A DNA stretch of 62,745 nt, the filler included, from Albugo candida (Eukaryota), in the NCBI GenBank assembly GCA_040437565.1. It is 29 parts of 29 records of this genome, joined end to end, with 100 filler letters (N's around TTAATTAATTAA, not from the genome) between each part and the next. Parts side by side here need not be neighbours in the genome. Positions count along the whole stretch, not along the records: positions 11,237 to 13,372 come from JBDOQK010000345.1; positions 13,473 to 15,590 come from JBDOQK010000346.1; positions 15,691 to 17,805 come from JBDOQK010000347.1; positions 17,906 to 20,014 come from JBDOQK010000348.1; positions 20,115 to 22,203 come from JBDOQK010000349.1; positions 22,304 to 24,392 come from JBDOQK010000350.1; 23 more parts are not named here. One strand, 5' to 3'. Positions 11,753 through 24,240 of the stretch are shown here, piece by piece. Position 1 is the stretch's first letter, and every line of letters begins with the position of its first letter. The notes beneath the pieces are model-generated. The model did not search any database and was not told where the DNA came from. It saw nothing but the letters and a program-made list of their open reading frames with translations. The position numbers and the translations under genes are program-made.

Positions 11753-13317
11753 ATGGGTGTCGACACAATTAGAGTCAAAAGAGTTGATGGGGACATTAAT
11801 ATCAATATAATTTCAAGTAAATCGAAAAGAAAATTTGGTAAAGGTGCACGGAACCGTAAAAGATTCCCCAATCACTAATCTGCTTGTATGAAACTTTTAG
11901 AAGATAGCAATGTTAAAACTTCATTCACAACTGAAGAGCCTCCTGCGAAAAGAGGAAAACGACTAAATTATCTTGGTGGAAAAGGGGATAAGAACTGGTC
12001 TATTGTCAATAAAGTAAAAGTCTGCAGCAATATCTAAGGACAACAACTTTTATTAACTTACATTCCCAAATAGTTGATGCTTGGGAACATAGATGTTTCT
12101 TCGAAATTACAAAGATTTAGAAAAAAAAGCTTGACAATTGCGGAAGATGGTAATAGCTTAAGCGATTTACGTATTTTGTAAGTGCCAATCCTAATTGGGT
12201 CATATATTATTGCTAATAACTCTTCTTGTTCGATTTAGGTCCCTTTCATTTATATTCCCTATTAACAAATACAATACAAACTTGTGTATTACTAGAAACA
12301 TGAAGGAAGAAGAACAAGAAGCAATTCATTCATTTGCTTACAGAGATATTGAGGTACCAAAAGCGTCCAATGAGGCAATATGTTTCTGTAAACGGATCTC
12401 TGAGGTATACCAAAGCATAATTCATCTGTTTAACAACATACTTTAACCTTTATATAATTTTCATAGAATAATAAATTAAACATACCGTTTGAGCCATCAA
12501 GCGAACTGGATAAAACGATGGAGAGGTTATGCGTTTACTTTCGAGATAGTAACTACCAAATATCAAGTAACTCCGAGTTTAGCTATGTGTCAAAGTATAT
12601 AACTCCATTTTTCCGATTTATTTTCTTAACCAACCCAGATAAGAGTTTAATATTATCAATGTAAGTATGTCGTTCAAGACATTTAAACTAGAACCATGCT
12701 AATTTTTTGTTATGATAACAGGGTAGATCTTGCCCAACTAGACACTAAGCCTGATATCATGCTGGGATTTAGAAAGAATAGAAAGAACATATTCCTTTTT
12801 TTTGTAGAGATTAGACGTGGCAATAAACAAGATGTTTGTCAAGCGGAAGATAAGTTTGTGAAGTTGATGAAGCAAATGAAAGGTTCCATCAACAAGCAGA
12901 TCGAAAAGGGTATTGGAAATCCATCTTCTTTTGGTCTACTTTGTGAAGGTAAATCGCTATTTAAAATTGTTCTACGGACGAAGACTTAAAAATGTGTTTG
13001 ATATTTGAAAAAAAAGGTTTCAAGTGTTCATTGTATCAAATGAATATCGTTCATGATGGTGTTTATCTCCCTGTGTTAGTTAGAAGGTTTAGGCTAGTAC
13101 AAGATATGGAGGATACTGTTAATATCCCTGCTATTACAGAGTCGCTTTTTATGGTGAAGGTAAATAAGAACGTCATCAAAAAGAAAGGGTTTAGCTTTAA
13201 CACTCCTCATAGAAAGAATTTGATAAGTTTCAAAAGAAGTTTGAATGCAAGAAACAATCGCCCGATTTTGCTAAATTTATGAAGCCCTCTTTCCGAACTG
13301 AATTTGTAAAAGGATAA
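11753..13317 (+). pseudogene. Multi-intron, probably degenerate fungal gene with a PD-(D/E)xK-like motif (boundaries approximate)
   Basis: Exon-like pieces KPDIML...FFVEIRR...EDKFVKLMKQMK...FGLLCEG / FKCSLYQM...DGVY, separated by short GT(AA)...AG introns; stops and shifts upstream. Confidence 0.5.
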
Positions 13318-13563
13318 TTTTATTACTAGTTTTATGTTTTCCGATAATAAAAGATCAGTAATAGTCAATAAANNNNNNNNNNNNNNNNNNNNNNNNNNNN
13401 NNNNNNNNNNNNNNNNTTAATTAATTAANNNNNNNNNNNNNNNNNNNNNNNNNNNNNNNNNNNNNNNNNNNNCTACAATTATAACTTATCTATTCAAAAT
13501 AAACTTTAAAAAGCCCCGGTTTCATCCACAAAACTTGTACAATATCTTATTACCTTTTTCAGA

Positions 13564-14901
13564 ATGGATCCGACGCGTATAGAATTGATAAAAAACTACT
13601 TAGAATCATTAGAGGTTCCTGAAAATGCCACTAAAGCTGAGAAGCGCTATTTAAAAACAAAGGGACATCTATTTACTATATACCGTGACCAATTACATTT
13701 ATTAAACTTAACTACTAGTCACTGTTTAAAGAAAGTGCTTACTAAAGAAGAATCCAAAGAAGCCTTGTTACAATATCATCATCATCCATTAGGAGGGCAC
13801 TTTGGGTTTAAAAACACCGTTTATAAGATCTCTGAAAAATACTATTGGGACAATATGCAGAAGGATATTAAAGAATTTATAAAAGAATGTCCGAACTGTC
13901 AAAATCATGGTGCCAAATTACTAAACGAAAAGTTACACTCAATTAAAGTTTCGGCAAAACCTTTCCAACAAGTATTTATAGATGTTAAACATATAATACC
14001 TTCTAGAAAAGGGTCACGTTATGTTGTGGTAGCTATCTGTTCCTTAACTAAATATGTAGAATTAAAACCCCTTCGCTTTCAAACCTCCGCTGAAATTGCT
14101 CTATTCATTTTTGAAAATATTATCTGTCGACATTCTACTCCCGATACTATATGTACTGATAATGGTTCTCCTATGATTGCTGCTATTGTTGCTGAAGTTT
14201 GTGTTTCCTTCAACATACATCACAAAACTATCACTCCATATAATAGTCAATCTCAAGGATTAGTTGAACGCTTCAACCGTACACTGGATTCAACATTAAA
14301 GTATCGTGATCGTGTAGATAAGAAAGATTGGGATTTATATATCTATGCCTCAATGTATAGCTACAATACTATTAAACAAGAAGCGACAAAACAATCACCC
14401 TTTTATTTATTATATGGATACGAACCAAATACACCATTTGATAACAACCATAAAATTTATAACACAAATGAATCTAGTTTTGAATTAAATTTAATATTAC
14501 GTACATCGCAGCAGATAACCTTACTAGAAAATGCTAGATTAAGTGCAATCAAAAGTATTGAAAAATCTCAAAAAACGCAGCAAAAAAGAATTGAAGCAAA
14601 ATTATTAACCACCAAAAAGGAATTAAAACCAGGATTCAGTTTAGGTGACATTATCAAACTCTACAAAGAAAATGTAAGCAATAGCTGGTCAGGCAAGATA
14701 GACATCAAATGGCACGAAGACCTATACGTTATCCACGAAGTCCTGGGTAAAGGAACCTACCTCATAAAAAACTTAACAAGACCTTTAGAAACTCGAATTC
14801 GAAGAGTTCATGGAAATCGCTTGAAAATCTACACTCAACCCAATGTCAACTGGAATCAGAATTTAAAATTTCTTACTACTTCTAATACTGCACCTATATA
14901 A
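13564..14901 (+). CDS. Gypsy-type DDE integrase, apparently a stand-alone ORF (Ginger/Polinton-like or spliced)
   Basis: HHCC finger H..GGHFG...CPNC; catalytic D (FIDV), D (TDNG), E (GLVER); C-terminal SH3-like KW...Y.I...VHGNRLK. In-frame TAA upstream at 13507. Confidence 0.88.
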   Translation: MDPTRIELIKNYLESLEVPENATKAEKRYLKTKGHLFTIYRDQLHLLNLTTSHCLKKVLTKEESKEALLQYHHHPLGGHFGFKNTVYKISEKYYWDNMQKDIKEFIKECPNCQNHGAKLLNEKLHSIKVSAKPFQQVFIDVKHIIPSRKGSRYVVVAICSLTKYVELKPLRFQTSAEIALFIFENIICRHSTPDTICTDNGSPMIAAIVAEVCVSFNIHHKTITPYNSQSQGLVERFNRTLDSTLKYRDRVDKKDWDLYIYASMYSYNTIKQEATKQSPFYLLYGYEPNTPFDNNHKIYNTNESSFELNLILRTSQQITLLENARLSAIKSIEKSQKTQQKRIEAKLLTTKKELKPGFSLGDIIKLYKENVSNSWSGKIDIKWHEDLYVIHEVLGKGTYLIKNLTRPLETRIRRVHGNRLKIYTQPNVNWNQNLKFLTTSNTAPI

Positions 14902-14998
14902 CTAGTAGCACGTTACTCAAAAAAAAAATAAAATATATATAGCTATTTCTATACAGCCTTTACAAGGTATCTTTATTCCTTTACCTCAAGTTTACAAA

Positions 14999-15556
14999 AT
15001 GTCAAAAACTACTTCTCTCAAGTCAAAAGAAGATACAAAAAAAAGATCCTACTATAGTGGCAAAAGACCTCCTTCTTCTAACATAACCATCACCCGAAAC
15101 TTTGAAGAAGATGACGCGGTGGTAGATTCCAAAAACAATATTATTATTCAAGGAAGTGCTGAAAGAAAAAGGTCCAAATCAAAATTTAAACCTAACACAA
15201 AGACTAACTATAACAAGAAAGATTTTAAGAAAACTATTACTGGACCCTTGCCTACAGAACTGATTGAAGAAGAACAACAATTGCTTCGTGATGCTATAGA
15301 TCGCTTTCAAAAAAATAAAATTGAAATAGAAACACTCAACAAAAGAAATCAAGCCATCTTAGAAGAAGAAATCTGCATCCCAATGGTAGGTCTGTTTCAT
15401 GAACAAATGCCTGTCAAACCTATAAATAAACAAGCCTATTGTGCCCTTCAAATGGAAATAGCCAAATCAATCGTACCTTCCAACCCTGAAATTGCCAATT
15501 TCGTCCGCTTAGCCCGTAAATATGATACTTACTTTGCTAATGAAAAGGCTTTATAA
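14999..15556 (+). CDS. Hypothetical basic 185-aa protein downstream of the integrase
   Basis: ATG-initiated ORF 97 bp after the integrase stop, followed by a long A run; no recognisable motif. Confidence 0.5.
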   Translation: MSKTTSLKSKEDTKKRSYYSGKRPPSSNITITRNFEEDDAVVDSKNNIIIQGSAERKRSKSKFKPNTKTNYNKKDFKKTITGPLPTELIEEEQQLLRDAIDRFQKNKIEIETLNKRNQAILEEEICIPMVGLFHEQMPVKPINKQAYCALQMEIAKSIVPSNPEIANFVRLARKYDTYFANEKAL

Positions 15557-15690
15557 AAAAAAAAAAAAAAAAAAAAATTATATATTTATTNNNNNNNNNN
15601 NNNNNNNNNNNNNNNNNNNNNNNNNNNNNNNNNNTTAATTAATTAANNNNNNNNNNNNNNNNNNNNNNNNNNNNNNNNNNNNNNNNNNNN

Positions 15691-16822
15691 GAGTCGAGTC
15701 CTTCAACAGCTTGTGCTATCTGTCGTCGTGACAATCCGAAGCCATCTTCCGTGCTTTCTGATGCGAGCACGATGGGATTTGCTTGCCTCATGTCTTGACT
15801 ATCCTGAAGAAGCTGTATTTTTGTCGTTTGCAGCCCTTGGAAATGATCGACAGCTTCCTTCCACGCTATTAAAAGCACATTTGACTGGAATTTCACCTCT
15901 ACATTCAGTAAGAATGATTCAATCTGATCGATAGAGTAAGGCTGAGTGTACCTGAATCGCTTGCAAGAGATACTTGAAAAAGTGGCACATCGATTCCATC
16001 GCTTCTCTTTACCTCTAAATAGAGACTGTAAGCAATCGATAGAGCACAACAATGGGTTTCTCGCACCACAAATCAGCTCCAAATGAAACGATTGAGTCTC
16101 TTTGACAACTTCCAGCCAGCAAGACGACATGTACCCAACCTTTGATCAAACAATCAATTTCCTGCAAATTGTTCATACAATTCAATACAATCTACCGGAA
16201 ACAGCTCATTCGTCTTGTGGAACGAGGCGTTGATTATGATGTATCCAAGTGAGATCACGGTCACTGGTCCATCTGTGAATGGCAGCTTTGATTCCAAAAG
16301 CTCCCGACGGATCGTTGCAACGAAAAAGAGATCTTCTCGAGCGATCCGTTGATGTGACTCATAATAGATGACGCGCACAGCGTCGAGTACTTTTGAATAT
16401 TGCTTGGTATCGGGAGCAATCAGTTTGTGGCCATTTTCCGTCATACGCCATCGATCCAGGGCTGATTCAGGTACACCACGCTATATAACATTTCATGAGC
16501 TTTTATTGCTCCTACGATTTGGTCTTACCGATGCCAAAGTTGCCCTCAGTTGAGAAAGGAGAGATACATCCAAATTGCATTGCGATTGGCGTTTGCAGAG
16601 AAAATTGTTTGACGCGTCATCCGGTTCGATCGCGTCATCAAGCAGGACTTTTGATTTCTGTGATCTGACAGAAGCTCTGTTGTATCTTATGGGAGATGGT
16701 AATGAAACAATGGTTTCTGCGTCTGTTGCAGCAATTTTCTGCGTCCGATCGCGTTTTCTAGTCGATCGCGTTGTGCGCGTATTCTCTTGCGCAAGATATT
16801 TACGCTTCTTTTGCTTGTGTTC
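15691..16822 (-). CDS. FYR (FYRN/FYRC) domain protein, partial, with short introns
   Basis: FYRN-like GPVTVISLG.I....FH...LFP|VGY.S is restored by a GT-AG intron at 16195-16140. FYRC-like EDGFGLS..QIAQAVEGL lies at the contig edge. Confidence 0.7.
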
Positions 16823-17905
16823 CTACACAAACGACATTAGAAATCTTATATTTTCGAGTGCCACTATGCATCTTAGCGTTCAGCGTCCATATCCCTGTCT
16901 AGGGGCAATGCAATAGCTTTTTATCGACTACGAAAACTTACTGTAATGTCGTCATCATTTTCTACTGTGCTCATACTTTGGACGCCTGAAAAGCTATGGA
17001 GACTTACTATAGTGTGTACCGTACGTTTTGTAGTAAAAGGTCGGTTTGCTTAATGCAATCACTGCGATCAGCAATACTGCAGTGTGCGGATGTCTTGCTG
17101 CAGCTAAAGTGCGATCTATCATCGTTGCGTCACAGCATGCAACCATAAGGCATTGTCTGGCTCAATCGCTTTTATATAAAAGGATGAGAGAAGTAACATA
17201 ACGCTTCGACGTTTCACCCCAGCGTAAACCTTTTTAATACGGGCACCATGATTTTTGTACAAATCAAGACTCAAGAGTTTATCCTCCAATATATGTATAT
17301 ATTTGTAAAGAAAGCTTGGGTAAAGAGAATTTATGAGATGGACCATCAATTTAATCAAGTACTAAGTGATCGTTTTACAAGGTACGCTTAGGAGTAGTAG
17401 CACCATGCACATCTCTAAACAAACCAAAGCCGTAGGAAGACTTGAGTAGACAAGTGATTGTTTTATGCGAAGGATTTTCTCGAGTACACAATCTGGGAAA
17501 TGGAACTTGGAATGATGGCTATGGGGTCGTTGACATCGGTGCTACGTTTATGTTTCCTGGTCCTTTCGACACGCTCGCTCTCAGCCAAAGCTTGAAGACG
17601 CGTACCTTCTGTAGAGAGGTTTGTGCAAATTATGACATTACGATCTGAGTTATGCGCCATGTATTTACTCATCAAAAAAATCGATGCGTAGTATTCCCGA
17701 GCTTGTGACAATCATTTGACGATAGTGTAATCGTTATGCGCACGGAGACATAACGTGCGGGAATATAGACCATGTGAGCGCTTCGCCTTGGCATGCACAT
17801 GACGCNNNNNNNNNNNNNNNNNNNNNNNNNNNNNNNNNNNNNNNNNNNNTTAATTAATTAANNNNNNNNNNNNNNNNNNNNNNNNNNNNNNNNNNNNNNN
17901 NNNNN

Positions 17906-18343
17906 CAACTCGCAACGCAAGGATCATTTGATGGATTTTTCAGAAGCCGAAGATCATTACTGCGGGTACGGAACAGGCGAGTGGAAAGGCAAGTGCAACT
18001 CGGATCCTAGTCCTAGTTGGCTGGTTATGCTCACCGTAGTGTGGCGCACACCAATTATCAAACCACGGTACTTTTGGACTATTTTACAACACACGATAGT
18101 TTTGAACCTTTTTTTAACAACTTTTTACAACTTTCGACACCTATCCGTTACACGATGGACACACTCTCGTACTGTAGTAGTGAACGCTACCGCGCTGCAG
18201 GACTAGCAACGAGGGATATATTATCATCTCTCACAGCTATTTCACGAAAAGTTTTTTTATATGTATATATGTTATTTAAGATAGCCTACGCAACTAGACA
18301 AGTCAGTTGGTCTAATTCTAGTAATATAGACACCTTCAACTGA
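17906..18343 (+). repeat. Dispersed repeat family, copy 1 (LTR-like terminus ...GACACCTTCAACTGA)
   Basis: Homologous to the reverse complements of 19494-20014 and 23774-24240. Confidence 0.85.
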
Positions 18344-19493
18344 TCCCATCTTTGTCAGCTTGACCTACCGTGTTGTTCGCCGCGCGGCATTATTGATCAC
18401 AATCCACCAGATTCTTCAGCAAACACACATCTTTGACTAGATGCACGCTCGACCCATTGTACAGAATCCACATGTCGGCGTCGTTATCCGTACCAGTCCG
18501 TATCGCCAGCGCGACTCGAATTGAGGCCGCGTTTTCGAGTCTTTTTTGCTCGGGACACTTGGCCGCAAAATGCCTATTCTTTCCGCAACCATGAAATGTG
18601 CATGACTCGGCATTTCCTATCCGTGCGAGATGTAAGTCTCCGCGCACTCTTTTTCCGATTCGGACACCGCCGGGGTATCGACCCCCTTGATCAGGGACTG
18701 GGCGCCCATCTCGGCCATCTCCCGCTCCGCATTTTGGCTTGATCGTACTGACGTCAAAGTCGATAGAAAATGCAACAAGCTTGGCAGCTTGAACAAGGTA
18801 AACTGGACGCTGCGCGTTCATCCGGGTTAACATTCCAGTCTTGATATGCGCTGGTGCCGAATTGCATAGGTATTCCAGCACACTCTTCACCGAGTTACCC
18901 GATCGCTCTGCCATGTAAACTAGGTATTGGTAGTGCTCTGGCCATATTTCCTAGTGATCCTATTCGCTTTCCATCAGTTCAATGCCTTTCGTGCTTGAAA
19001 TGGGAGTCATGTATAGGATCAGGATGCTGGTCACTACATGCTCAAGTGTGTTCGACACTTCTGTACATACCGGAAGCATTCTTTCGTAGTAGCTGAGTGC
19101 CGAACCATCCAGGTTACCGCTGAGCGCGAGGATTTTAAACTCTTCTGGCTAATCACCTCCCCTCATCAGCTGAGCTGCGCCGAGTTGCTGTAGGAAACGC
19201 ATTCCCCAAGCTTTAAAGGCGACGCTCACACCCGGGTAAGTCTCCTTACCCGTGAACTTGGTAAAGCCTGACCAGTCCAGGTCCCGAGACGTTGGTGTAT
19301 TAACCCCATGATCTTTCGGTGGCATAAAATGCCGAGAAGGACGCGGTAGCTGATTCTTCTCCACTTAGTGCGGCGGCTCATCGAGTGAAACCCTCCTCAT
19401 TCGACGGTCGCGCTCTAATAAAGTCATTGAAGGCGCTTTGACCGTTGAATGAGTGCTCGTGGGGTGGAGTGGGTGCAGCTTCAGCCCGGTGAC
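18344..19493 (-). pseudogene. Oomycete Ty1/Copia gag-protease relic
   Basis: FTGKETYPGV...FKAWG.RF, a degenerate CCHC knuckle, and the Copia protease-like WILYNGSSVHL; multiple stops and frameshifts. Confidence 0.8.
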
Positions 19494-20014
19494 TCAGTTG
19501 AAGGTGTCTATATTACTAGAATTAGACTAACTGACTTCTCTAGTTGCCTAGGCTATCTTAACTAATATAGATACATATAAAAAATGTTTCGTGAAATACC
19601 TGTGAGAGATGATAATATGTTTCTCGTTGATAATCCCGTATAGCAGTAACCTCAGCCACCTTAATACGAGACTGTGTCCAGCTTGTAAATGCTGTAAAGT
19701 TGTAAAGCTGTAAGAATGGTCCAAAAGTACCGTGGTTTGCAAATTGGTGTGCGCCACACAAGGTGGAACAATGCCATCCAACTAAGACTAGGATCTGAGT
19801 TGCACTTACATTTTGACTTGTCTATGCCGTACCCGCAGTAAAGATCTTCGGCTTCTAAAAAATCCACCAAATGATCCTTGCGTTGCGGGTTCATCCAGCA
19901 CCTTTGCAAGTCGAATGCGTTCGTCTTGGCCGTAACACTGTTTTCGATAGTACCGAACGTGCGCACTAAACGTGGTGTAGATCACGGAAAGCGCTGGAAT
20001 TGTCGTATTTGCAT
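19494..20014 (-). repeat. Dispersed repeat family, copy 2 (inverted relative to copy 1)
   Basis: TCAGTTGAAGGTGTCTATATTACTAGAATTAGAC... matches the reverse complement of copy 1. Confidence 0.85.
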
Positions 20015-20114
20015 NNNNNNNNNNNNNNNNNNNNNNNNNNNNNNNNNNNNNNNNNNNNTTAATTAATTAANNNNNNNNNNNNNNNNNNNNNNNNNNNNNN
20101 NNNNNNNNNNNNNN

Positions 20115-20180
20115 ACCCTAAACCCTAAAACCCTAAAACCCTAAAACCCTAAAACCCTAAAACCCTAAAACCCTAAACCC
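20115..20180 (-). repeat. Telomeric repeat tract (TTTTAGGG)6 flanked by TTTAGGG units, at a contig end
   Basis: CCCTAAA (CCCTAAAA)6 CCCTAAA CCC, with the C-rich strand 5' at the contig start as expected for a chromosome end. Confidence 0.9.
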
Positions 20181-20880
20181 AGGTCTCTACTTGGTTGTGG
20201 TAATACCGTTTCGCAGTGCCACTCAGGTAATGCCCCAAAAGGTCAGCCTTGACTTCTTCTGTCCACTCGTAACCACATGCCATCTAAGCCAACACCAGCT
20301 GTCGAACGAAATGATGACCCCAATCCAAAAATCCGGAACCTAGCCCTTCGTAGAGCTCCTTTCCATCAAATGGGTGAATAGATAGTTTTCTCTACCGAGC
20401 ATCGGGCACTCTAACCCCATCCATTTGAGGTGACTTACGACATGAAGTTGTGCTGGGTAGTATCGGTGCTTGCTGCGACATCTGATCCTGAAGAATTGGC
20501 TGACCTTGCCTCATGGCTGCATATTCCTGATGATGACGGTACATCGAGCTCTGAAAATGTGGTACCCTTGGTACTGGAGCTTGGGCGACGAGTCAAAACT
20601 TCTTCCAAACGCCGGCTAAAATACACCGGTTTCTTGAGCGCCCCTCATGCTATCGTCTTCTTCCCTCTTGATTTGTGATATCTCCAGGCGACTCGAGCGA
20701 TCTTGCAGGGCCGTCAGTGCCTCACGTATCTTGAGGTTCACATCACTAGAGGCACGTCTCACCTCACGAGCATCTGCCACTGCAGTCTCGGTGGGTGGAT
20801 ATGTTTCGACCTATACGCGACCGTCTGTTTTCGTTTGTGCGGGCTCGGAGCGCGTGGGAACGATAGGCGTCTTTGGGCTC
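20181..20880 (-). pseudogene. Oomycete Copia-type gag relic, truncated by the telomere tract (upstream limit approximate)
   Basis: Minus-strand translation: PDAR*RKLSIHPFDGKELYEGLGSGFLDWG..F.RQ...[29 protein letters not shown], with stops. Confidence 0.78.
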
Positions 20881-21428
20881 ATAACCTACAAAAATAACTC
20901 CCTGCCTTTTTCTTTTTCATGCAAATGTGAAACTGTTACTAGCTTTTATCACATGCATTTACTATGTAAGCTGTCTGGTTTCAAGCTACAACATCGCGGA
21001 CTATTTTTAACAGCACGGTCGATAAATGGCATCTTCCAACACAGAATTTTATCCGTCGGACTTTTTTTATGATAAACGTTCCCATTTATTACTCACCCTT
21101 TCAAAACAATCAGTAAATCAACAATAGATTCAGCAGTCATAGCATATTACTTAGATTATAGGTCGATCGGAATTCTTGTCAACGCATCTCCCTTTACTAA
21201 AACTGAAACGAAGAACTCAACACATAAACAAACCAAAACATCAAAATGTATTGACTCATATTTGAAAATGGGGCGGGTGTTTATTGAAATATATAAAACA
21301 TATGTGAGGAGGAGGTGTCGGGCTAGCAGCTCCCTAAACAATATACCAATTTGATAAATAAATAATAAAAACATACCAGGGCTGTAAACTATACGCATTA
21401 TATACACATTACACATTTAATACCAGCG

Positions 21429-22203
21429 ATGGAAAGCGAGGACGAAGAACAGCAAAGTAGTAGAAGCTTCTTCGAGAACAAGAGTTATGCCAATAAGAGG
21501 GATATAATTCAAGCAGTAATTGAATACGACCGAGAATGTAACCGTCTGTTTCGTATGGTGTCAAGTGACAAACGGTGTTATAAAGCAGTGTGCACACAAC
21601 ATGGCTGTTTCTTCGTTGTGCAGTTTGCCTTTTTGCGAACAAAAAGCCCTACAACGAAGTTTGTTTTGCATTTATGTAAAGTATCCGAATCGTCGAAGGC
21701 GTCTCGTTGATATACAACTGCGAAACAAATTGCTTTAAATCCTGCAGTCAAATATATGGCCATAACATCCGGTAGGAAAGTGACTCCCGTGATGATCCAA
21801 ACGACGTTGAGGAAGAATGGATATTCGCACATATATGAGCTGTGCTCACGCAAGTAAAAAGTTGTAGCTTGAGTTATACGGATGTGATATTGAGCAATAC
21901 AACCTCATTCCGTCCTACATGGCTGCACTACACATTCGAGGCCACGAAGCCAAGCTTGATATCGTAGATGATGAATACATGAGGTTGAGTATCATTTTCC
22001 AAGAAGGGCTTCGAGCATATAGGTCATACAGTGAGAGTGGGATATCCGTGGACGGCACATTCACGAAGACATCAATTAGTGGGGTAATCCTTGTTGCGTG
22101 CTTTCGAAATGGAAACAGCGAGATCCCAATTATCGGAGTTGGGCTCGTGTAGGTAGAGAAGGAGGATAATTGGAGAAGTTCTTACTCTCTCACCTCCAGC
22201 CAT
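21429..22203 (+). pseudogene. Degenerate MULE/Mutator transposase
   Basis: MuDR DNA-binding-like SDKRCYKAVC...C.F, then the MULE core ISVDGTF......ILVA..RNGN....IG.GLV..E..DNW; stops and frameshifts. Confidence 0.75.
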
Positions 22204-23773
22204 NNNNNNNNNNNNNNNNNNNNNNNNNNNNNNNNNNNNNNNNNNNNTTAATTAATTAANNNNNNNNNNNNNNNNNNNNNNNNNNNNNNNNNNNNNNNNN
22301 NNNCGGTATTCAGTTCAGTCAGCGCCACCACTTAGCATAGGAATTTCTATGAGAGAACGCGGTTTTGTGCTTTTGCGAATTCAACTCTCAGCTGACCTAA
22401 TTCGCTGATTTTCTTCTCTTGATCTTCATATGTACTTGTTCGATCAAAGTTGCGTTGACATCTTATTATTAGGCACAATATCGCCAAAAAAGGCATACCA
22501 ATGCTAAGGGGATTCATGTCTTTATCCGTATCAAAAAATTAAACTTTGCAGTAACCTACTATGGTGATCTGTGGTGATGTCGTATGCTTAAGAACGACTA
22601 GCACAAGAACACGAAGATGTGATCAATTCTTAATTCTCGACGATGATTATTCGCATCGTATACTTATATACACGAGGCAATGGATCGGATCTTCTACCTG
22701 CGATATTGCTTTTCTTGAAATGATTACTGCACCTTCAGCTTCTTTTAAGAGAATTTTAATAAAGCACCCGGCACCGACAGAGTGATGGTAGCCGTTTCAC
22801 TTAACGCACACATTCATGACCAGATTCCTTGTACTCTGCAGAAGTCTCATACGAAGGTGATCAGCTTGACAGATACTTCAACAATTGTATATTGAACTCT
22901 TATCACGCCAATTCTGATTAGCCCGGGGTACACGGTAGCAGCAAATGACTCTGCTACTAATAATTTGATTATATATGACGGAGCGACTTTCTTCTACATA
23001 ATTCTGTACTTTACTGGCCATGTGGTCCTGGCCGACAAGAGAAGAAAGCTACGTCTATTACGTCGGCGATACATTCTGAGTCACTTAATCTTCGACTCCG
23101 TTTCCCAAAGTCGCCATCCATACAATGCTCACCAGTTTTGGAGGGAAATATCTGCTTTATCACCGCCCGTCAAAAAAATATATCATATTCCATGTTTTGT
23201 TCCAATATGCAATCAGATTGGTGGAATGAAGTTTAATAATCACTTTTGAACGGAAAACAAAGCGAGAGTAGCAACACAGTTTTTTTTGCAAGTCTGCAGA
23301 TCTGCGTTCTATTATCACATGAATTAGTTCGCTGGATAAGACTTGTTGGGTAAAACGTTTGGTCAAAAGGCGGACTCGAAAGTATGAGAACGCATGCATC
23401 CTCTGGGTTCAAACGACGATTTCACATTTATTCAAATCAATCACATGGATATCTCGAGACTGAACTAGCGCTTTCTGAAACGTGAAGGCGAGGCCGTCCT
23501 TGTCTATCATCAGCGATCGCGAAGAAGGCCATCACAACTATAGCTTCAAAGTTCACAAGATCATGCCTAGTATGTGGAGGTATGGCAGGGCTCGCCCAGC
23601 TCAGGTAATGGTGTTCAGCCATAGTGCTTATATTTAGACACCATTTTTACTACAGACTGGTGGTTGTCTACTCCATTACTAATCAGTAGTATGTAAAGCT
23701 CGAGGAGCCCGGTCTAACGCATGTACAGTTTTTTTTTCGTGCAATTGCCAGCGGCCTTGAAATGTCCATAGCT

Positions 23774-24240
23774 TCAGTTGAAGGTGTCTGTATTACTAGA
23801 ATTAGACTAAGTGACTTCTTTACTTGCCTAGGCTATCTAATATACTAATATAACATATTTAGATATAAAATCTTGTAACGCAGCAGACTCAAAAACCACC
23901 ACGGTGCCTGGCGTGTAAATAAAATAGAAGTTGCAAAAGCTGGAAATTTTCCAAAAGGACCGTGTTTTCAGAATTGGTGTGCACTACACTATACCGAGCA
24001 GAGCCACCCAACTAGGAGTAGGATCCGAGTTGCACTCCTTCTTGTCTGTGCCGTACCCGCAGCAATGATCTTCGACTTCTGAAAATTCACCGAATGATTC
24101 ATTCTTTGCGAGTTGCAACAGCACTTTTGCCATCCGAATTTTTTCGTCTTGATCGTAACACTGTTCGAAAATACCGAACCTGCGCACTAAACGTGGTCTA
24201 GAAAGGGCTGGAACTGTCGGAGTTGCTGATCGCTGATCAA
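23774..24240 (-). repeat. Dispersed repeat family, copy 3 (far end approximate)
   Basis: TCAGTTGAAGGTGTCTGTATTACTAGAATTAGAC...GGATCCGAGTTGCAC...CCGTACCCGCAG is shared with copies 1 and 2. Confidence 0.85.
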
